This document shows positions 7,196-15,994 of a stretch of DNA of 55,632 nucleotides, piece after piece. The position numbers and the translations under genes are program-made. The stretch lies in the IMG/VR virus record IMGVR_UViG_3300045006_000223, positions 1 through 55,632 of that record; one strand, given 5' to 3'. The stretch's first letter is position 1. Each line of letters begins with the position of its first letter. The notes under the pieces are model-generated. The model ran no database searches, was not told where the DNA came from, and saw nothing but the letters and a program-made list of their open reading frames with translations. The DNA comes from a virus (lineage: Duplodnaviria > Caudoviricetes).

Positions 7196-8122
7196 ATGGC
7201 AAAAACTGTCAATGCGGGAGTACCCGCCAAGAAGTCCGAGGCTCTGGACGAGCTGAACCAGCTGGCGCTCGCTGGCAAGGCACACGAAGATGTCATCCGC
7301 GACCAGACCGGCGGCCAGAACAGCTTCATCAAGCTGATCGGCGATCCCCAGGCCAAGGAGCTGATCGAAGGCAAGCCCGAGTTCATCAAGGGTGCCAAGT
7401 ACGCCAGCTTCATCATCGGCAACAAGAAGCTGCACCTCGGGCAGAAGTTCGAGGCCACCGTCGTCGGCATGTTCAAGCTGTACGAGGAGTCCGAGGTCAA
7501 GAAGGAAGGCTCCAAAGAACTGCCGAAAATCTTCGGCTACTGGATGCCTGAGGACGCCGAGAACATCCCCGTCGAAGGTATCTTTGACCGCCCCTTCAAG
7601 GCCAAGGACGGCACCGACCACGTGCTGAAGCCTGTCCACTGGGTCGCCCTGTACATCCACAAGTTCCCGGACTTGGAAGACGCTGTGCTGTCGTTCCGCT
7701 CGGTCGGCAACGGTATCTACAACCAGCTGGCCAAGACCATCAAGAACCAGAGCGCCATGGCTCCGCAGCTGCGCTTCATGGTCAAGAGCCAGGCCATCGA
7801 AAATAAGAACTGGGAGAAGACCAACCTCTACCCGGCCTTCGAGGTCATCGGCAAAAACTTCGACTTCGCCGACGAGAAGATCAAGCTCATCGACGAGGAC
7901 GACGGTGGCATGAACGTGGACACCCTCAAGGAAGTTCTCGGTCGGTACGCCCGCCTCAACGACGAGTACGCTGCCAACAAGCTGGTCGCCAAGAAGGCCA
8001 ACATTTCGGCGCTGGTGGCGGGTACACAGGCCCCGGCCGGGGCGCTCACGGCGAATGCCGGGAAGGGCAAAGCCGGATACCGCGCTGCCGACGATGACGA
8101 CGAGGCACCGACCAAGTTCTGA
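7196..8122 (+). CDS. Putative single-stranded DNA-binding protein
   Basis: Highly biased codons, acidic C-tail ending in Phe (DDDDEAPTKF), upstream of primase/polymerase. Confidence 0.65.
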   Translation: MAKTVNAGVPAKKSEALDELNQLALAGKAHEDVIRDQTGGQNSFIKLIGDPQAKELIEGKPEFIKGAKYASFIIGNKKLHLGQKFEATVVGMFKLYEESEVKKEGSKELPKIFGYWMPEDAENIPVEGIFDRPFKAKDGTDHVLKPVHWVALYIHKFPDLEDAVLSFRSVGNGIYNQLAKTIKNQSAMAPQLRFMVKSQAIENKNWEKTNLYPAFEVIGKNFDFADEKIKLIDEDDGGMNVDTLKEVLGRYARLNDEYAANKLVAKKANISALVAGTQAPAGALTANAGKGKAGYRAADDDDEAPTKF

Positions 8123-8130
8123 TCGCTGTG

Positions 8131-8169
8131 CGGCACCGGGTCTTCAAGGCTCGGTGCCGACTACATTTT
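8131..8169 (+). terminator. Terminator-like hairpin
   Basis: CGGCACCGGGTC/GGCTCGGTGCCG stem; weak T-tail. Confidence 0.55.
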
Positions 8170-8185
8170 ACCGGAGGAGTCAAAC

Positions 8186-8662
8186 ATGGCGTACTACAAG
8201 GTGATTGTGGACGGAAAAGAATACGTGAGCCAGCACCTGTGCCGTGCGGCCAATCGCCTCGGCGACGCCGGCATCATCAGGGCTGTTGCCGAGAATGAGC
8301 TGTCGCAGCTGAAGCTGTTCGACAATGTGCTGTTCTCGGTCGAGGATCGGCATCGCAGGCACTACGACAACCTGGCACCGCAGACCGAACTGCAGCAGGT
8401 CGACGCTGACATCAAGATGTTGCAGAAGATCGACAAGCCGGTGCCGGAGAAGTCAGTTATAGCCGTCCAGAAGGAATCCGTTGTCGCGCTCTACGAGCGG
8501 AGTGGGTTCAGGTTTGTTCGGCTCAGCGACATTACCGATGTGCGCAAGTACCGACTGCAGGTCCGCATGGCCTGCCTGCAGATTTGTGGTAGTATCTACG
8601 TGGCACTTGACGCCGTTACCAAAGGAATCGTTGATCCGATAGTTGTCACAATCAAAGAATAA
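8186..8662 (+). CDS. Hypothetical protein
   Basis: GGAGGAG SD, 158 aa ORF. Confidence 0.8.
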   Translation: MAYYKVIVDGKEYVSQHLCRAANRLGDAGIIRAVAENELSQLKLFDNVLFSVEDRHRRHYDNLAPQTELQQVDADIKMLQKIDKPVPEKSVIAVQKESVVALYERSGFRFVRLSDITDVRKYRLQVRMACLQICGSIYVALDAVTKGIVDPIVVTIKE

Positions 8663-8676
8663 GGCCGGTAAACACC

Positions 8677-10428
8677 ATGAGTGGACCAACAATTGTAGAT
8701 AAGTTTCGGTCCTTGTTTACCGGCCACACTGAGAGCTTCGTCAAACACACTCCACCTTTTGCCACTGACGACGAAGGCAAAACAAAGGCGAGTTTTGTGG
8801 GGCTGGCCCAGTACAAGCTGAACAGCAAGTACCACCCGAAACCACCAAGCGGGTATTCCGAGGACGACTATGTTCCGCTGACGGTCGAGCAGTACCGCGA
8901 ACACCTGAACGGCGGCAACGGTCTTGCAGTGTCGCCGCTCACTGACGCACCAGACAAGCGAGACGTGTGCTTTTTTTCTGTCATCGACATTGACGTGTAC
9001 GACGTTAATTTTACTGCGCTGGTGCAGCGCCTATACAAGTATGGGTACAAGTTTGCCGCGTTCATATCAAAGTCTGGCGGGATTCATCTGTACTTCTTCT
9101 ACCTGAAGCCGGAGGAAGCAGGAAAAGTACGCCACGAGATGGACCGCATAATCGAGCGGTTTGGTTTGAACAAGATATACCAGAAGGGTGGGAAGTCACG
9201 TGTCGAAGTTTTTCCGATGCACAGCGCCAGGACGCCGGGGCAGCACGACAAGTGCATTTTCCTGCCGTTCTACAACTCGGCAAATCAGGATGGTGGGTCA
9301 AGTCAGAAGATGCTTGGTGCGGATGGTGCCCTCCACTCGATAAGCAAGGCGATACCGATCATTGAAACGATGTTCACATCGGTCGCAGATGTCGCCCGGA
9401 CCACTGATGCGCTGCCGTACAGCGACGCACCGTTCTGCATTCAGATGTTGATCCTGTCGGGCAGTATGGACGCCAACTCAGGGCGCAACGAGTTCTTGTT
9501 CACTGCGGCGACTTACCTGAAGACGAAGTACGGTGACGCGCTGACGATAGAACACATCGAGGAGGTAAACGCGGAGTTTCCTGACCCGCTGGAAGCCAAG
9601 GAAACGAATAGTGTGTTCAACTCCATCAAGGTGAAGGACTGGCAGACTGCGGGTCGCTGCAAGAAGGAGCCGGTGGCATCATTCTGCGACAAACAGCTGT
9701 GCCGCGACAGGAAGTACGGCGTTGGTCGACAGAAAGGCAACACGGTTTCCAACGTCGAGTTCGGCAAGATTTACAGGATGCTGGCGGAAACGCCATACTA
9801 CCTGTGGGAAGCCAGGCTTGCAGGTACTGACGAGTACAAGAAGCTTCGCATAGATGGCGCAGAAAATCTGTTGAACCAGAAGACGATCCAGAAGGCGTGC
9901 ATCGACACACTCGGCCAGCTGTCACTTACCGTCACACAGCCCACCTGGGAGAAGACAGTCAACGACTGCCTTGCCACGTTAGAAGAGCTTGAAGTGCCGA
10001 AGGCCACCGACACCACGGAAATGTCGGCGTTGCGCGAACTGTTCCTACGCTACCTCACCCACCGGCAAGCACAGAACAAGCAACCGTACACCGTGAATGT
10101 CAAACAGGTCTACAAGAACTGCAGCGCCTACTACTTCAAAACTGACGGCTTCGTCGACTACCTGCGCACCATGAAATTTGTGCTCGGCAGGACAAACCTG
10201 CGCGAGCAGCTTCTGTCCTACGGATGTGAGGAAGGTGAGCTTGAGTACACCACGGGGGCAGGGCAGAAGAAAAGCATCAAGTGCTGGAAGAAGCCAGATG
10301 ATGACGATCTGCGGGCGCTGGACACATTCTACGACGACATCATGGACGCCGATGCGGAAGTGCTGGCGCAGAATAAGCTCAACAAACAAGATCGCGGCAG
10401 CCCGGATGCCGATGACACGAGGTTCTAA
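8677..10428 (+). CDS. AEP-superfamily primase with PriCT-like domain
   Basis: IDID, SKSGGIHLY, GRNEFLF motifs; Cys cluster; no Walker A. Confidence 0.88.
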   Translation: MSGPTIVDKFRSLFTGHTESFVKHTPPFATDDEGKTKASFVGLAQYKLNSKYHPKPPSGYSEDDYVPLTVEQYREHLNGGNGLAVSPLTDAPDKRDVCFFSVIDIDVYDVNFTALVQRLYKYGYKFAAFISKSGGIHLYFFYLKPEEAGKVRHEMDRIIERFGLNKIYQKGGKSRVEVFPMHSARTPGQHDKCIFLPFYNSANQDGGSSQKMLGADGALHSISKAIPIIETMFTSVADVARTTDALPYSDAPFCIQMLILSGSMDANSGRNEFLFTAATYLKTKYGDALTIEHIEEVNAEFPDPLEAKETNSVFNSIKVKDWQTAGRCKKEPVASFCDKQLCRDRKYGVGRQKGNTVSNVEFGKIYRMLAETPYYLWEARLAGTDEYKKLRIDGAENLLNQKTIQKACIDTLGQLSLTVTQPTWEKTVNDCLATLEELEVPKATDTTEMSALRELFLRYLTHRQAQNKQPYTVNVKQVYKNCSAYYFKTDGFVDYLRTMKFVLGRTNLREQLLSYGCEEGELEYTTGAGQKKSIKCWKKPDDDDLRALDTFYDDIMDADAEVLAQNKLNKQDRGSPDADDTRF

Positions 10429-10629
10429 ATGTTGATTGAAGATTTCGGCACTATCACGTGCCCCGTCCACGGCACGAGGATGGAGATTAGCTATGTGAAT
10501 CCGTCGCGCAAGGTTGCGGGCTACGGCATCAAACAGCTCGGTGTGTACACCGGATCGTGTGGATGCGTTCTGCAGTTTGGCACTGATCCGCAGCTTCTGC
10601 GGAGGGGGTGCGACAATGGAAGTTCTTGA
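10429..10629 (+). CDS. Small Cys-containing hypothetical protein
   Basis: Abuts the primase stop; CPVH...CGC. Confidence 0.6.
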   Translation: MLIEDFGTITCPVHGTRMEISYVNPSRKVAGYGIKQLGVYTGSCGCVLQFGTDPQLLRRGCDNGSS

Positions 10630-11029
10630 CTACATCGACATCGCCACTACCGACCCTGATCATGTCGCGCAGGCGGTAGTGAGGTACATCCAAGAGCATG
10701 GCGACATGATCAATTCCCTGGATGTGAAGGTGCGCGTGTCGATATGCAGGTCGCCCCAGACGATACGGGCGAGCAAGTCTGACAGGCAAAGCACACTGCA
10801 GCAGCTTATTTCTGCTTCCGGCATTTCCGTGTGGCACGCCGGCTTGTATAGGTTCGACTTCACCAAGGGTCAGTACCTTGCTGGCAGTCAGGAGCTGTAT
10901 GTGACAGCCGGCGAGGCTGTGGCAATGTATCAGAAGCTGGTGCGCAAGCAGCACAGTATCACCTGGGCTGCGTTCTTCTCAAACCTGAAACGTAAACACG
11001 GGAACGATTTTCTGAAGGATTTCGTGTAA
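10616..11029 (+). CDS. Hypothetical protein
   Basis: GGAGGGGG SD before ATG 10616. Confidence 0.75.
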   Translation: MEVLDYIDIATTDPDHVAQAVVRYIQEHGDMINSLDVKVRVSICRSPQTIRASKSDRQSTLQQLISASGISVWHAGLYRFDFTKGQYLAGSQELYVTAGEAVAMYQKLVRKQHSITWAAFFSNLKRKHGNDFLKDFV

Positions 11030-11038
11030 GGAAACAAA

Positions 11039-12541
11039 ATGAAAGCCTACGACGTAGAGTTTGCCACGGACGACGTGCTGGTACATCTGGCAGCTGCCGG
11101 GGCAGGAAAAACACACGCCATGATGGAGGAGGTGGTCGAGCTTCTGAAGGTTTACCGGCCGGACGAGATTGCCTTCGTTACCTTCACCCGAAAAGGCGTC
11201 ATGAACGGCATCGACCGCGCCATCAAGGCAAACCCGCAGCTGTCACCCGACGACCTGCCGTACTTCCAGACATTGCACCGCCTGGCATTCCACGAATCCG
11301 GACTGAAGCACAAGAACATCATCGAGCGCTCGGACATCGCCCGTTTCAACAAGATGCTCGGATTTCATCTGAACCTGGCGTCCACCTTCGACAATCAGAC
11401 CGACGACGACAAGATGTTGCAGCGGTACGACGCGATCCGCTCTGGCGGTGACAAGGGTGTGTTCGTACACAGCATGTACGACGAGGAGCACTATGATCGG
11501 CTCATCTCGGCCTACGAGAACTTCAAGAAGCAGAATGACCTTGTGGACTTCTATGACTGCCTGCTCAGATTCAAGGAGCGCGGCAAGCCAATAGGCGTGA
11601 AGGTGTTCATGATCGATGAAGCGCAGGACTTGACACACACCCACTGGGAAGTTGTCGAGATTGCGTCACGCAACGCCGAGAAGGTTCGCATAGCTGGCGA
11701 TGATTTCCAGAGTCTTTTCTCGTACTCGGGTGCATCACCGGAGACACTGATCCACCTTGCGGAAAAATACCCGACAGTCAAACATGAGAAGTCGCACCGT
11801 CTTCCGATGGCAGTATACAAGTTTGCCCGTGGTGTGACGAAGCTCATCCAGCACAAGGTCGACAAAGACTACGCGCCGATCAAGGATGTGGAAGGCTTTG
11901 TGAAAACAATTTCCGACCGCAACATCCTCGCCCGCATAGTGCGCAAGGACTTTGAGGACAATGGTTACGCGCCGAGCCGGTGGTACTTCCTGTTCCGTGC
12001 CAACCACTTCATCGCCGATATGGCCACGACGCTTGAATCGTTCAGTGTTCCGTACCACACATCAAAAGGCTTCGTGATACCGGAACGCGACATTGCCAAG
12101 ATCAAGCGATTCTATATGTACCGCAAGGCAGGCTACGGCACACGTGACGCACGCGAGCACTTCATGAAGGAATACAATATCAAGAGCTTTGATGAAGATT
12201 TCGTCGAAAGCGACTTGATCCCATCGACCGCCAGATACGTGTACTTCGACTACGTGAATAAGTACGGTATCGAGGAAATCGAGCGCATGTCGAAGGCAGA
12301 ACCGTTTGTGCTGCTGGCGACAACATACAAAGTCAAGGGTGGTGAGTGTGACTACTGCGCAGTGTTCATGGACTCGACGAAGCTCGTCAGCGAGAATACC
12401 ATGCTCGACCTGGACAGCGAGCTGCGTGTTTTGTACGTCGCCTGTACCCGCCCAAAGATCGGGCTGTATCTGATACCAAGCGAGAGCCGCTACGGCATGG
12501 ACAATGTGGTAGAACTCGTGCGCGACATGATGGAGGAGTAG
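11039..12541 (+). CDS. UvrD/Rep-like SF1 DNA helicase
   Basis: AAAGAGKT, FVTFT, DEAQD, GDDFQS, SHRLP, LYVACTR motifs. Confidence 0.93.
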   Translation: MKAYDVEFATDDVLVHLAAAGAGKTHAMMEEVVELLKVYRPDEIAFVTFTRKGVMNGIDRAIKANPQLSPDDLPYFQTLHRLAFHESGLKHKNIIERSDIARFNKMLGFHLNLASTFDNQTDDDKMLQRYDAIRSGGDKGVFVHSMYDEEHYDRLISAYENFKKQNDLVDFYDCLLRFKERGKPIGVKVFMIDEAQDLTHTHWEVVEIASRNAEKVRIAGDDFQSLFSYSGASPETLIHLAEKYPTVKHEKSHRLPMAVYKFARGVTKLIQHKVDKDYAPIKDVEGFVKTISDRNILARIVRKDFEDNGYAPSRWYFLFRANHFIADMATTLESFSVPYHTSKGFVIPERDIAKIKRFYMYRKAGYGTRDAREHFMKEYNIKSFDEDFVESDLIPSTARYVYFDYVNKYGIEEIERMSKAEPFVLLATTYKVKGGECDYCAVFMDSTKLVSENTMLDLDSELRVLYVACTRPKIGLYLIPSESRYGMDNVVELVRDMMEE

Positions 12542-12865
12542 ATGAGCATATTGCAGGTGATAAGGCTACGTGCCAGGGCGGCCAAGCTACGGGCCGATGC
12601 TGACATGCTTGCCGAGAAGGCAGCCGACATCGAGTTCAACGACACACTTCGAGCGCTCGGCTGGAAAATCGGTGATGACCTGGAACGTGACAGTCCGATG
12701 TGGGTGTTCGGGAAGTTCAAGCCCGTGCACGAGCGCGTCCGGCTCGAAGGGCGTAAGGGCCACACCGGCAGCTTTCTTGCAAGACCATACAATTGCGACG
12801 GTAAGCTGGTGGCAACGGTAATACGGATATGGCCGAGCGACGGCTGGAAGAAGGTGAAGAAATGA
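12542..12865 (+). CDS. Hypothetical protein
   Basis: Coupled between helicase and polymerase. Confidence 0.7.
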   Translation: MSILQVIRLRARAAKLRADADMLAEKAADIEFNDTLRALGWKIGDDLERDSPMWVFGKFKPVHERVRLEGRKGHTGSFLARPYNCDGKLVATVIRIWPSDGWKKVKK

Positions 12866-15087
12866 AGTACTTCGGCCTCGACTGTGAAACCGACGACCCG
12901 CTCCTGACTGACCAAGGCCCGTCCTGGGTGTTCAAGCAGGGCGAAGTACTCGTCACCGGCCTGTACGACGCGCAGAAACAGAAGAAAAAAGCTGTAGACG
13001 GGGCGGGCGCCCACCGCATTCGAGATATGTTTTTTTCTGCCAACACGACGCTCATCGGCGCGAACATCGGCTACGATGCCGGTTGGTTGTGTCACGCCCA
13101 CGGCATTAAGGCGCGGGAAATCAGGTGTGGGCTGATTGACGTGACCATCGCCGAAAGCCTGATCGACGAGTACCAGCCGTTCAGCCTGGACGCGCTGGCC
13201 CAGAAGTACCTGCGCGAGCGCAAGGGGCACGAGAAGCTTGCTGACATCGCGGCCGCCTACGGCTGGAAAGGCGATTTCCGCCAGCACTTGAAGAAGCTGT
13301 GGTACGGTGAAACGCCGACCGGACTCTCGTACCGTGCCGAGATACGTGAGTACGTCATTTCGGACGCGGACCAACCTGTCCGCATCTGGGAGAAGCAGAA
13401 GCTGATCCTTGAGGAGCAAGGCTTGATGCCGGCCTTCGAGATGAACATGAAGATGGTGCGTATCACCCTCGGCATGAAGCAACACGGCGTCCGCATCGAC
13501 TATGAGAAGTGGCTTGAAAACTGCGCCATCGCAAACAAAGCGTACACCAAGCTGCACGACGAGTTTGTGGCCAAGTACGGCGAGTGCAACATCAACTCAC
13601 CGAAGCAGGTGGCAGCACTGTTTGACACGCACGGCGTACCGTACAAGTGCAAGATCGTGTTCAAGGGTTGGGCACCGAACGGCCGCAAGTTCACCAAGGC
13701 AGACTGGTTCGTTGGCGACGATGTGTGGGACCAGCGCAAGCGCCTGAAGGAGAGCTTCCCCAATGTCCGTGTGGCCAAGGGAAAGATCGTGCTCATGGTT
13801 CCGAAGCAGTACGCCGAGCGAACAGCCGTGCAGGCCGCCAGCATGGGCTACCAGATCACATGCAACCCCTCCGTCGGCAAGTTCTGTTTTGCCGCTACCA
13901 AGGCGACCCATCAGGTTGTGGCAGACATCGTGGAATACAAACAGGTGCTGAACATCATCACCAAGTTCCTCGGGCCGAACCTGGAACGCTTCATGGCTAT
14001 CGATAAGAACGGCGACCGTAGAATACACGGCAACTTCGACCCTGTGGGTGCTCGCCAGACATCACGCCTCAGCGCGTCAAAACCGAACCTGCAGAACATA
14101 CCGTCGAAGACCGTGCTGTTCGCCGGAACGGATCACGCCATGGACCTTGCGCACATGTGCCGTGAAGTGTTCCTGCCGGATCGCGGTCAGATGTTTGTGA
14201 AGCTCGACTTCTCCGGCCAAGAGAACGTCCTGCAGGCGCATTTTGCCGTGGGCAAGGCTGGCGAGCGCATCCGCCAGATGTACCGCGACAACCCGCGCCT
14301 GGACGAGCACCAGTTCGTTGCTGACGCCTCTGGCCTGCAGGAGCAGCACGGCAAGAAGGTCGGCCGCAAGTACGCCAAGAACGTCCGCTTCGGTCTTTCC
14401 TATGGTATGCAGATCGTGACGATGTGTGAGCAGTTCGGATGGGATACCGAGTTCGCCGAGGCGCTGATCATTGCGGTCAAGGACGCTGCCCCGTGGGTGC
14501 CGGAAACCATGGAGGCGATCCAGGACATGCTACTCGGCAAGGGGAGGTTCCAAGGCAGGGCCAGGCGGTACATTAAAACCATTGCCGGCAGGCGCATCCA
14601 TTTGCGCGACGGCATGGACCGTGACGCCTACAAGTTCTACAACTACCTGATTCAAGGCTCGGCTGCTGACATGATGAAGCACGCCTTGATAAAATTCGAC
14701 GAGTCCCCGGCGGCCGAGGTCATTACCCTGTTGCTGACCGTGCATGACGAAGGCGGTTTCAGCGTCCCGATCACCCCTGAAGGCATCGCGCTCGTCTTGG
14801 CGCTGCAGTCTTTCTTCTGCTCTGCGGTCAAGCTTGACATCCCAATCAATGCCGACCCGGAGGCCGGCCCGAACTGGGCAGACGCCGACGGCCAGACCAA
14901 GGACACGGAAACAGGGCTGTTCAACGAAACTGTCGAGGCCATGCTTGAACGGATCAGCCAGAAACTTTTGTCGGGCAAGGTGGAAATAGTTGACAAGACC
15001 GATGTTCCATGCGAAGATGCTGAAGACGATGACATCGACTTCGACGCCTTGGGTGAAGAAGACGAGGAAGAATTGGAGGAAGAATGA
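12862..15087 (+). CDS. polA: Family A DNA polymerase with 3'-5' exonuclease
   Basis: Exo DCET/NIGYD/YxxxD; RLSASKPNLQNIP; motif A DFSGQE; motif B RKYAKNVRFGLSYG (Phe at the 762-equivalent position); motif C VHDE; ATGA overlap start. Confidence 0.96.
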   Translation: MKYFGLDCETDDPLLTDQGPSWVFKQGEVLVTGLYDAQKQKKKAVDGAGAHRIRDMFFSANTTLIGANIGYDAGWLCHAHGIKAREIRCGLIDVTIAESLIDEYQPFSLDALAQKYLRERKGHEKLADIAAAYGWKGDFRQHLKKLWYGETPTGLSYRAEIREYVISDADQPVRIWEKQKLILEEQGLMPAFEMNMKMVRITLGMKQHGVRIDYEKWLENCAIANKAYTKLHDEFVAKYGECNINSPKQVAALFDTHGVPYKCKIVFKGWAPNGRKFTKADWFVGDDVWDQRKRLKESFPNVRVAKGKIVLMVPKQYAERTAVQAASMGYQITCNPSVGKFCFAATKATHQVVADIVEYKQVLNIITKFLGPNLERFMAIDKNGDRRIHGNFDPVGARQTSRLSASKPNLQNIPSKTVLFAGTDHAMDLAHMCREVFLPDRGQMFVKLDFSGQENVLQAHFAVGKAGERIRQMYRDNPRLDEHQFVADASGLQEQHGKKVGRKYAKNVRFGLSYGMQIVTMCEQFGWDTEFAEALIIAVKDAAPWVPETMEAIQDMLLGKGRFQGRARRYIKTIAGRRIHLRDGMDRDAYKFYNYLIQGSAADMMKHALIKFDESPAAEVITLLLTVHDEGGFSVPITPEGIALVLALQSFFCSAVKLDIPINADPEAGPNWADADGQTKDTETGLFNETVEAMLERISQKLLSGKVEIVDKTDVPCEDAEDDDIDFDALGEEDEEELEEE

Positions 15088-15329
15088 GTGACCCAGTGAA
15101 CCATCCCCGGCATTACAGCGATGGTCCGTGCTGCGACCATTGCGGCAAGCCTGTCGAGTGCATCGTGGTGGTGCGGCGGATGAACTTCAACATTGGCAAC
15201 GCCATCAAGTACCTGTGGCGGGCAGGAAAAAAAGACCCGGACAGGCACATCGAAGACCTGCGGAAAGCCGGGTGGTACATCGAAGATGAAATCAAGCGGT
15301 TGCAGTCCGCGCAGGGAGGTCAGGCATGA
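15084..15329 (+). CDS. DUF3310 (SaV-like) protein
   Basis: DPVNHPRHY...GNAIKYLWRAGKK...EDLRKAGWY. Confidence 0.9.
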   Translation: MSDPVNHPRHYSDGPCCDHCGKPVECIVVVRRMNFNIGNAIKYLWRAGKKDPDRHIEDLRKAGWYIEDEIKRLQSAQGGQA

Positions 15330-15991
15330 AGGTCATCGAGCAGGTATACCAGATTGAGTGGTTCACACCAGACCCGTTGCGCACCATCGAGCGCGTCGGT
15401 CGGGTCTGCTACAAGTCCGAGGACAAGATCACCGAAGATTCAGCCGGCGAGTTTGTGCGAATGTTGGTCAGGCGCGGTCATACCGCCATGATCGAGCACG
15501 CCAGCTTGAGCGTCCGCTTCATCACGGACCGTGGTATTTCGCATGAGCTGGTGCGCCACCGCCTGGCCAGCTTCGCGCAGGAGAGTACCCGCTACGTGGG
15601 CTACGGTGACGCCAATGGTGGTGTCACCTACATCCGGCCGTACTGGGTGTCCCAGGAACAACTGGACGACCTGGAGAAGGCGATGCGATCCGACCGCGCC
15701 CTGCCGGCCTCCCCGGCTTACGCCTGGTGGATCGCCTGCTCCCAGGCGGAGACTTCCTACAAAAACCTGCTCCGCCTCGGCTCTACGCCCCAAGAGGCTC
15801 GCCAGGCGCTGAACAACAGCACCAAGACCGAGATCGTCATCACGGCCAATTTCCGCGAGTGGATGACCATCTTCCGTCTCCGTGATGACAAGTCTGCCCA
15901 CCCCCAAATGCAGGCCCTGATGAAGCCGCTTCATACCGAGTGCGCCACGATGTGGCCGGAAGTCTTTGGCCCCGTCGGGTACATGGAGTAA
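15326..15991 (+). CDS. thyX: FAD-dependent thymidylate synthase
   Basis: GHTAMIEH; RGISHELVRHRLASFAQESTRY ThyX motif. Confidence 0.96.
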   Translation: MKVIEQVYQIEWFTPDPLRTIERVGRVCYKSEDKITEDSAGEFVRMLVRRGHTAMIEHASLSVRFITDRGISHELVRHRLASFAQESTRYVGYGDANGGVTYIRPYWVSQEQLDDLEKAMRSDRALPASPAYAWWIACSQAETSYKNLLRLGSTPQEARQALNNSTKTEIVITANFREWMTIFRLRDDKSAHPQMQALMKPLHTECATMWPEVFGPVGYME

Positions 15992-15994
15992 CCT

